From: an uncultured Poribacteria bacterium
GTDB lineage: Bacteria > Poribacteria > WGA-4E > WGA-3G
Assembly (NCBI GenBank): GCA_951813565.1
Contig: OX638351.1
Coordinates: 3,712,001 to 3,776,000 of the forward strand
DNA: 64,000 nt
Direction of reading: 5' to 3'
In this document: piece after piece, positions 51,464 through 58,614 of the stretch
Numbering within the stretch: position 1 is the stretch's first letter
How the letters are laid out: the number at the start of each line of letters is the position of its first letter
Position numbers and translations under genes: made by a program
Notes under the pieces: generated by a model
The model's database searches: none
The model's input: only the letters and a program-made list of their open reading frames with translations
Told to the model about the DNA's origin: nothing

Positions 51464-52330
51464 GTGTATAAGAATGCAACGCCCAATACGGCTACGCGAG
51501 CGTTCGATACTCTAAGAGGTGGTGAGGTTCCCTGAAAAGCGACCACACGGGAACACAACTTTTACAACCACAACAGTCGCTCGAAATCTCGATGGTGAGC
51601 CGTGGGCAGTCTCTTTGGATCCGCGACACCAAACGGAGACGGAACAACACCAACACGGAAAAAGATCGCGTCCATACTCAAGGAGTCGTGGGGAGTTTTC
51701 CAATGCCGAACGACACCAAATGGAAACTCAAATATGTCCGAAACGTCAATCTCAAATTGTTGGAGGGGTTTATAACCCGACAGCATCCTACTTTTGTGGG
51801 AGCGGTTTGTAACCCGATAATATCCCACATCTATTGTGGAAGGGGTTTGTAACCCGATAATATCCCACATCTATTGTGGGAGCGGTTTGTAACCCGATAA
51901 TATCCTACATCTATTGTGGGAGGGGTTTTCAACCCCGATAATATCCTACATCTATTGTGGGAGGGGTTTATAACCCCGATATATGAGATACGTTCTACAT
52001 ACCCACAGGAACATGTCGTTTAAAATCTCACTGGAGTTGCGGAGGTTCAACTGACACTAACGGCCTCAGAAACCGAACCAACCTGATCATAGTATCAAGT
52101 TGACACGTTGTCTCATGGCGCGCTTCACACCCGTGCTGGGAGCAGCCCAATGTCTACTTGAAATATGATGTCTTCCGTAGAAAAGGACCGTTAAAATCTC
52201 AAAGAGTCGTGGCGTTTCTTGAGACACCGCAGCATCTCAAAAACGAACCATCCACGTCAATTGCTGCGAACTCCCAGTCCGTAAAGCTGGAACTCGTGAA
52301 GCTGACTTTGGGCTTTGCATTCCGTTTTTT
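51464..52330 (+). ncRNA. Candidate large structured ncRNA with five tandem pseudoknot-like modules
   Basis: Promoter; closing stem GAATGCAAcGCCCAA..CGGCT.CGCGAG (51472-51500) with CTCGTG.AGCTG..TTGGGCtTTGCATTC (52293-52322); T7 tract; five GAG...CTC modules of identical topology but different, complementary sequences. Confidence 0.75.
51756..51981. repeat. Tandem ~40-bp REP-derived repeats (about 5 copies) inserted in the ncRNA
   Basis: TTGTGGGAGSGGTTTRTAACCCGATAATATCCYACATCTA units; same core as REP-like elements at ~18496, ~44991 and ~62928. Confidence 0.85.
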
Positions 52331-52336
52331 TGCGCC

Positions 52337-52547
52337 GATTGCTGCCTTATCTTTCACATTTGTAGGGCGTGGTCTCTGTGCCCCGCTGATTGCTGCCTTA
52401 TCTTTCACATTTGTAGGGCGTGGTCTCTGTGCCCCGCTGATTGCTGCCTTATCTTTCACATTTGTAGGGCGTGGTCTCTGTGCCCCGCCGATTGCTGCCT
52501 TATCTTTCACATTTGTAGGGTGGGGTCTCTGTGCCCCGCTGATTGCT
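52337..52547. repeat. Tandem 51-bp repeats x4 (REP-derived)
   Basis: GATTGCTGCCTTATCTTTCACATTTGTAGGGCGTGGTCTCTGTGCCCCGCT repeated without spacers. Confidence 0.9.
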
Positions 52548-52722
52548 GATATGTGCGTAGGTATAAAACTGGGTCAAACCCAACAGGAACAAAAAAACAC
52601 GAAAACACGTCCCATTCCTTATGCTGCTTGTCATTAGCACGTCCATGGGACGTAACAAACGTCCTACTAAACACGCAATAATTACATTGCTATTTTTTGG
52701 TGTTTATGTTAAAATAAATTGC

Positions 52723-52962
52723 ATGGAAAGAAAAGATTTACAGAAGAATAAATCAGAAATGCAAAACGAACTTTTACCCGAATATGATTTAAAAAAGTTA
52801 CGGACCCGAGGGGTAGGTCCTGGGCGCAAATCTTTTGCTGGTAAACCTATAATCAAATTAGAACCTGACGTTGCTGAAGTATTTCCAGATACTGCGGCTG
52901 TAAACGAAGCACTACGATTTCTGATTCGCGTGACAAAAGAAAACAACGCAGCAACGAAATAA
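52723..52962 (+). CDS. BrnA-like antitoxin, orphan
   Basis: ELLPEYDL...IKLEPDVAEVFPDTAAVNEALRFLI resembles antitoxins normally paired with BrnT; no toxin upstream. Confidence 0.65.
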   Translation: MERKDLQKNKSEMQNELLPEYDLKKLRTRGVGPGRKSFAGKPIIKLEPDVAEVFPDTAAVNEALRFLIRVTKENNAATK

Positions 52963-52984
52963 AATATAACTGTAGGGGAGCAGT

Positions 52985-53803
52985 ATGGGACAAAAAACAC
53001 GACATCTTCTCGGACTTTCAGGAGGAAAAGACAGCTCAGCACTTGCCGTTTACATGCGCGACAGAGTACCAGAGATGGAATACTTTTTTACTGATACCGG
53101 TAAAGAATTGCCAGAGACTTACGAGTTTTTGGACCGCCTTGAAGCATTCCTCGGCAAACCGATCGCACGTCTCAACGTGGAACGCGATTTTGACCATTGG
53201 TTGACGCTGCACGGTGGATTGCTGCCATCGTCTCAAGTCCGTTGGGGCACCATCAAACTGAAAATAAAACCTTTTGAGGCATACGTCGGTGAAGATAAAG
53301 CGTTCCACTACATCGGTATCCGTGCTGACGAAGATCGTGTCGGCTACAAACCGCTGAAAACGACATCCCACCAAAACATTCTCCCCAAATATCCATTCAA
53401 AGAGGATGGCATCACCAAAGAGGACGTTTTCCGCATCCTTGAGGAGAGCGGGCTTGGTTTGCCCGACTATTACAAGTGGCGCACGCGTTCTGGGTGTTAT
53501 TTCTGCTTTTTCCAACGCAAATCCGAATGGGTGGGACTCTTAGAGCAACACCCCGACCTTTTTGAACTTGCCAAAGAGTACGAGAAGTTTAATTCGGAAA
53601 CAGGTGAACGATTCACGTGGAGTCAGGGTAAAAGTTTAGAGGAGTTAGCAGATCCAGAACGGATAGCGCAAATCAAGGTAAATACTGAAAAGGCGAAGGC
53701 ATCTAAGAAAAAGGAAAAACCGAATCGCCGCCTGATAGAGATATTAACCGACGTTCACGATGATGAGGATGACGAGGAACCTTGTCTGATTTGCCATAAA
53801 TGA
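52985..53803 (+). CDS. PAPS-reductase-family protein (SspD/DndC-like)
   Basis: LSGGKDSSALA PP-loop, DTGKELPET, IGIRADE, RSGCYFCF, C-terminal CLIC. Confidence 0.8.
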   Translation: MGQKTRHLLGLSGGKDSSALAVYMRDRVPEMEYFFTDTGKELPETYEFLDRLEAFLGKPIARLNVERDFDHWLTLHGGLLPSSQVRWGTIKLKIKPFEAYVGEDKAFHYIGIRADEDRVGYKPLKTTSHQNILPKYPFKEDGITKEDVFRILEESGLGLPDYYKWRTRSGCYFCFFQRKSEWVGLLEQHPDLFELAKEYEKFNSETGERFTWSQGKSLEELADPERIAQIKVNTEKAKASKKKEKPNRRLIEILTDVHDDEDDEEPCLICHK

Positions 53804-53819
53804 TATTGTGGAAGTTCCA

Positions 53820-54710
53820 ATGGACAAAGAACAAATTCTTGAGAAATTTAACACCTTGCGTCAGTGGGGCAATAAAGGGGAGAGAGCACCACACAAACCC
53901 TTGTTAGTGCTTTACGCCATTGGCAAATTACTACGCGGTGAAGATAGACTTATTTCATACAAGGACGATATTGAGGAGAATCTAAAAAGTTTATTGAGAG
54001 AGTTCGGTCCGAGGCGTAATTCCTATTATGCACATTTCCCTTTTTGGCGATTGCAGAACGATGGAATCTGGGAAGTCACCGATAGCGAAAAAGTAGGTCT
54101 AACAGACAGTAAGGATGCTTACGTAACTGATCTGAGGAACTACAACGTTGCGGGTGGTTTTCATGAGACTATCTCCAAACAACTCCAAAACGATTCTGAA
54201 CTCACGGTTGATATTATTCACAGTCTTTTAGATGCTCATTTCCCCGCATCATTCCATGAGGATATCCTACAGGCAGTTGATATTGAACTGCCACTCCAAG
54301 CGTTTGAGACGAGAACGCGTCCATCCAATTTTCGTATAAACATTCTCAGAGCTTATGAATATAGGTGTGCAATTTGTGGTTTTGATGTAAAATTGGGTGA
54401 TTCGCCTGTTGCGTTAGAAGCATCTCATATCAAATGGCAAAAGGCAGGTGGACCTGATGAAGCTGTGAATGGATTGGCTCTCTGCTCACTCCACCATAAG
54501 CTGTTTGACCGTGGGGCATTCACATTGTCCAAGCAACGACATATTTTGGTATCAGACGATGCACACGGAACAACAGGGTTTCAGGAGTGGCTTATGGACT
54601 TCCACATGAAAAGAATAAAATTGCCGCAAAGACGATCCTATTATCCAGAGGAAGAGTTTATCGGTTGGCACGTCAGAGAGGTGTTTAGAGGGGATTACCG
54701 GGAATTGTAA
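53820..54710 (+). CDS. SBD-HNH phosphorothioate-dependent restriction endonuclease-like protein
   Basis: N-terminal RAPHKPLL...FPFWRLQNDGIW (sulfur-binding-domain-like); C-terminal CAICG...EASHIKW...NGLALCSLHHKLFDRG. Confidence 0.8.
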   Translation: MDKEQILEKFNTLRQWGNKGERAPHKPLLVLYAIGKLLRGEDRLISYKDDIEENLKSLLREFGPRRNSYYAHFPFWRLQNDGIWEVTDSEKVGLTDSKDAYVTDLRNYNVAGGFHETISKQLQNDSELTVDIIHSLLDAHFPASFHEDILQAVDIELPLQAFETRTRPSNFRINILRAYEYRCAICGFDVKLGDSPVALEASHIKWQKAGGPDEAVNGLALCSLHHKLFDRGAFTLSKQRHILVSDDAHGTTGFQEWLMDFHMKRIKLPQRRSYYPEEEFIGWHVREVFRGDYREL

Positions 54711-54770
54711 TGCTTGGATTTAGTGTCATAATTATTGTCAACAATAATTGAGCGTACAAGGAGAATCTCA

Positions 54771-55379
54771 ATGAACGAACAAGAAGGCGTTGATTTCCTA
54801 TTAGTGGAACATGCAAAAACCCTTGATTTAATACAACACTATGACAATATTAGAGTCTCCCACATGAGATTTGCGGCCTCCTACCACTCAGTAATCGGCA
54901 CTTTAGTATTTGCTATCTACCGATATTTATACTTTAATGATCAACAGTCAAATGCCGTAACACTTGAAGTGCCAATCTTTCTTGGTAGTTTTCTCATCAT
55001 TTCCTTTTTAGTTGGAATTGCCAGCGTTGCGATGCTTGCTCAAAATAGAAGTTATTTTGTTATAGCAGCAAGACAAGCAAACACTATCAGAGGTGCTTTG
55101 TTTAAACGAGGCAGCCTTGCTTCAAGTATTCAAAGTGTTTTTCCTACGAATCCAGATGAACCTAAAATGTTTAACCCTAAAAGTACACACTTAGTTACGC
55201 TTTTCTTGTTAGGAGTTGTTAACAGCATTTCGTTTGCTTTTGGTATTTTATTTTTTGTTATGGCGGCAAACTTTAGTTTATGGTTGTATTTCTTTCTGCC
55301 TATAACCTGCGGATTAATCGTTCTTATAGGACAGTTTCTTTTGGTCAAATTTGTCTTTTTAAAAGAAAAATCATCATGA
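54771..55379 (+). CDS. Hypothetical membrane protein (about 4 TM)
   Basis: AGGAG RBS, four hydrophobic segments; stop overlaps the next ATG (ATGA). Confidence 0.7.
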   Translation: MNEQEGVDFLLVEHAKTLDLIQHYDNIRVSHMRFAASYHSVIGTLVFAIYRYLYFNDQQSNAVTLEVPIFLGSFLIISFLVGIASVAMLAQNRSYFVIAARQANTIRGALFKRGSLASSIQSVFPTNPDEPKMFNPKSTHLVTLFLLGVVNSISFAFGILFFVMAANFSLWLYFFLPITCGLIVLIGQFLLVKFVFLKEKSS

Positions 55380-56233
55380 ATTCTAATCTCGAAATTGTTG
55401 TTTGGGATGTCCAGCACGGAAACGCTATTTACATGAAAACTCCTAACGGAAAGCACGTTATGTTTGACATTGGAACAGGAAGTTATGAGGATGGGCAGGA
55501 GTTTAGTCCGTTAAACTATCTAAAAGATGAATGGGATGTAGATTGCTTGCATTATCTTGTGATTTCTCATCCACATGCTGACCATATAAGCGACATAAGC
55601 AATATGTTTGATCTTGAACTCAAACCTAAAGCTTTAACACGTCCCAAAAACATTGATTCAGATCTGATAAGTAATTCTAATCAGGATGAATACTCAGACC
55701 TTGTGGATTTATATTTGGAATTGGACAGGACTTATATCAATCCAGTTTCTAGTGAATCAGATCCTTCAAATCCATCTAACAATGGCGAGGTAGAAATAGT
55801 TTCTTTTTGGCAAGACGAGAGTGGAACGAGCAACCTTAATAACTATAGTATCGTTGCAGTGATAGAATACGCGGGTGAGAAGATTATTATTCCGGGTGAT
55901 ATTGAAGAAGCAGGTTGGAAAGTATTACTAGAACGTGAAGATTTTCAACAAGCTATAGAAGATACTACTATTTTTGTTGCATCCCATCATGGAAGAAAGG
56001 CAGGATATCATAGTAATGTTTTTGATTATTTTGAACCTGATGTCGTGATAGTTTCTGATGGGAGGTATTCTGATACAAGTGTTACCGATAGATATCGGAA
56101 CTATGCTCAAGGCTTTGAGGTAAAAAGCAGAAGCACTGAAGAATCAGAAACGAGATATGTGCTTACGACTCGCAATGATGGAGTAATCTATATTAGAGTT
56201 GAAGATACCAGTAAGGTGATTACAATAAAGTAA
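55376..56233 (+). CDS. Metallo-beta-lactamase-fold (ComEC/Rec2-like) hydrolase
   Basis: DVQHGNA, FDIG, SHPHADH, NNYS, PGDIE, SHHG. Confidence 0.85.
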   Translation: MNSNLEIVVWDVQHGNAIYMKTPNGKHVMFDIGTGSYEDGQEFSPLNYLKDEWDVDCLHYLVISHPHADHISDISNMFDLELKPKALTRPKNIDSDLISNSNQDEYSDLVDLYLELDRTYINPVSSESDPSNPSNNGEVEIVSFWQDESGTSNLNNYSIVAVIEYAGEKIIIPGDIEEAGWKVLLEREDFQQAIEDTTIFVASHHGRKAGYHSNVFDYFEPDVVIVSDGRYSDTSVTDRYRNYAQGFEVKSRSTEESETRYVLTTRNDGVIYIRVEDTSKVITIK

Positions 56234-56473
56234 GGAGCAACGAACATGTAAAGCGAAAATCACTGAAATGCACAAAAGTATTCAAGCTCTTGCTTTATAT
56301 GACACCAAAGATAATTATTTTCTCGGATAATACAAGTTCTGAAATTCTACAACAGAAAAGCGATGACATGCTCCCTCCCAACACTTTCCACTAAGAAAAC
56401 TTCCCTTGACAAACCACCACCCCCTCAAGTATAATCAATAAAAGAATTTGTCCGAAAAGGCATAGCACTGAGC

Positions 56474-57343
56474 ATGGCACAATATGATGAGATCGTGAAG
56501 CATCTGATGGATCGGTTCGCCGATGAGTTCGCCATGCTATCCTTTGGCACGTCCGATGTCCAAGTTTTAGAGACACTTGACACCGAACAACAAACGATTA
56601 AAGTGCATCGCAATGACATGACATATAAGGTGCGATGGCACAATGAGACAGTCCTGCTTCATATAGAGGTGCAAACGGAGGATAGCAGAGATAAACCGAT
56701 GCCGTTGCGCATGCTCGCTTACGCAAGTGAACTCCTGTTACGTCATGAACTTCCTGTGTATTCAGTGGTGATATATCTAAGTCCAAATGCGGGGCAGACC
56801 GACCCGGGCGGTTATCGTTATGGAAATGATGTCTTTGGTTTGCAGTATAAGTATCAGGTGATTCGGTTGGCGGATTTAGATGGTGAATCGTTTTTGGAAG
56901 CAGCATCGGTTGGACTGTTGCCGTTCACGCCTTTAATGAGATCGCCTACGGGCATGAATACGGAAGTATGGTTGCAAAAATGTGTTGAGAAGACAGAGGC
57001 AGCACCAGTTGACGCACAGACGCGTGGAACGCTGTTCTTTGCGCTATCAACGTTGGGCAGCATAGCCCATGACCTTACATTTTTACAAAAACTGATATCG
57101 GAGGAAATGATGCGAGAATCTCCCTTCATTGAACACTTAATGCAGAAAGGTGCCCGTGAAATGGCAATCAAGAATATACAGTCTGTGCTAACAAAACGCT
57201 TTCCACAGAGCAATGTACAACCCATAGAACAGGCACTTGAATCTATTCAAGACATTGATCACTTGACAGCGCTGCATCTCACGGCAATTGACACACCGAG
57301 TGTTACAGCATTCTTACAGGAATTGAACGGATCGGAAGTGTAA
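56474..57343 (+). CDS. Rpn/YhgA-like PD-(D/E)XK nuclease (putative transposase family)
   Basis: YDEIVKHL, RND, LLHIEVQT, MPLRMLAY, PVYSVVIYL, MRESPF. Confidence 0.75.
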   Translation: MAQYDEIVKHLMDRFADEFAMLSFGTSDVQVLETLDTEQQTIKVHRNDMTYKVRWHNETVLLHIEVQTEDSRDKPMPLRMLAYASELLLRHELPVYSVVIYLSPNAGQTDPGGYRYGNDVFGLQYKYQVIRLADLDGESFLEAASVGLLPFTPLMRSPTGMNTEVWLQKCVEKTEAAPVDAQTRGTLFFALSTLGSIAHDLTFLQKLISEEMMRESPFIEHLMQKGAREMAIKNIQSVLTKRFPQSNVQPIEQALESIQDIDHLTALHLTAIDTPSVTAFLQELNGSEV

Positions 57344-57401
57344 ACCATAATCTGTCCGAGTTATCTCTGGCAATTATCAAAACAAAGGATCGGAAACACC
57401 G

Positions 57402-58337
57402 ATGCAGCAGCCCAAAGTCACCGTCCTCGGCAGTGTAAACGTTGACCTTGTGATACGCGCTGAACGGATGCCAAACAGAGGCGAAACCCTCATCGGAGAA
57501 ACGTTTGACATCTTCACAGGTGGCAAAGGCTTCAATCAGGCGACAGCCGCTGCCCGATTAGGCGCAGACGTCACGCTTATCGGCAGAATAGGCGATGACC
57601 CGTTTGCTGATGTCCTACGATCCGCAATAGAATCCGAACATATTGACAGCCGATTTGTCAAAACCGATGCAGAGAACGGTACCGGTATCGCAACCATCGT
57701 TGTTGAACCGGATGGCGACAACAGCATCATCGTTGTGCCACGCGCCAATATGCAGCTCACATCAAAAGACATAATAGACGCAGCAGATAGCATTGCAGAA
57801 GCAGACGTTCTACTGCTACAATTAGAAACACCGATAGAGGCATCACAAACAGCAATAAACATTGCTAAAGCAAACGATACAATAGTCATACTTGATCCTG
57901 CACCAGCGCGTCCACTACCGCAGAGTCTGTTAGCACAGGTGGACATTCTCACACCGAACGCAACGGAGGCGGCACTACTATCGGGACATACTGTAAACAC
58001 ACTTGAAGCAGGAATCGTTACAGCAGAAACATTACAATCGCAGATAGCAACAGACGGACATTCTGCTGTTGTGCTAACATTTGGAGAACAAGGGGTCCTG
58101 CTTTGCACACCAACGCAATCCACACACATACCAGCAATATCGGTTGATGCAGTGGACACAACCGGTGCGGGAGATGCGTTCAGTGGTGCGTTGGCAACGG
58201 CACTCGCAAATGGAAATGATCTATCTGAGGCAGTGAGGTTTGCCACAGCAGCAGGTGCAGCCGCAGCCACAGTGCTCGGTGCAACACCTTCAATGCCGAC
58301 TCACGAGAAAATTGAGGCAATCCTTTCAGAAGGGTAA
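57402..58337 (+). CDS. rbsK: Ribokinase
   Basis: GSVNVDL, GGKGFNQA, LLQLE, DTTGAGDAF PfkB signatures. Confidence 0.9.
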   Translation: MQQPKVTVLGSVNVDLVIRAERMPNRGETLIGETFDIFTGGKGFNQATAAARLGADVTLIGRIGDDPFADVLRSAIESEHIDSRFVKTDAENGTGIATIVVEPDGDNSIIVVPRANMQLTSKDIIDAADSIAEADVLLLQLETPIEASQTAINIAKANDTIVILDPAPARPLPQSLLAQVDILTPNATEAALLSGHTVNTLEAGIVTAETLQSQIATDGHSAVVLTFGEQGVLLCTPTQSTHIPAISVDAVDTTGAGDAFSGALATALANGNDLSEAVRFATAAGAAAATVLGATPSMPTHEKIEAILSEG

Positions 58338-58614
58338 ACATAACGACAGAAACAGAAATTTTGATTTTCTGCCCAAACCTCTTCTTGTAGGAGCGACCTC
58401 CTGGTCGCGACCCGACAAATCATGCAGCATGCCATACGGGGAATGCCATAAGGCATTCATACCGTTGATTTGGCGCATGCTGCCAAGCGCATTTGGCGTT
58501 GATTCGAGGTCGCTCCTACAGAATATAAGAGGTGCTAAATGCATAGGCGCATTTGGCGTTGATTTGGAACACGTTCAAAGGTATAAATTAACTGCAGACA
58601 CGTAGGAGAAAAAA

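Noticed and set aside
51512..51870. Short ORFs on both strands inside the candidate ncRNA
   Set aside because: No RBS or recognisable motifs, mutually overlapping, and most run into repeat DNA
51756..51981. Possible CRISPR array (40-bp periodicity)
   Set aside because: Units are head-to-tail with no unique spacers, the core matches REP-like elements elsewhere in the window, and there are no cas genes
51464..52330. Identification as tmRNA, RNase P, retron/DRT ncRNA or type III ToxI array
   Set aside because: No tRNA-like GGGG.../...CCA ends or clear tag peptide, no GAGGAAAGTCC motif, no reverse transcriptase or ToxN-like gene nearby, and modules are far more divergent and longer than ToxI repeats; an Rfam search is still needed
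52337..52547. Possible CRISPR array or repeat protein (ORFs 52158-52637 and 52199-52510)
   Set aside because: 51-bp tandem copies without spacers; the ORFs stay open only because 51 is a multiple of 3
57536..58270. 244-aa antisense ORF
   Set aside because: Shadow frame of rbsK with Ala/Ser-rich composition expected from antisense codon bias
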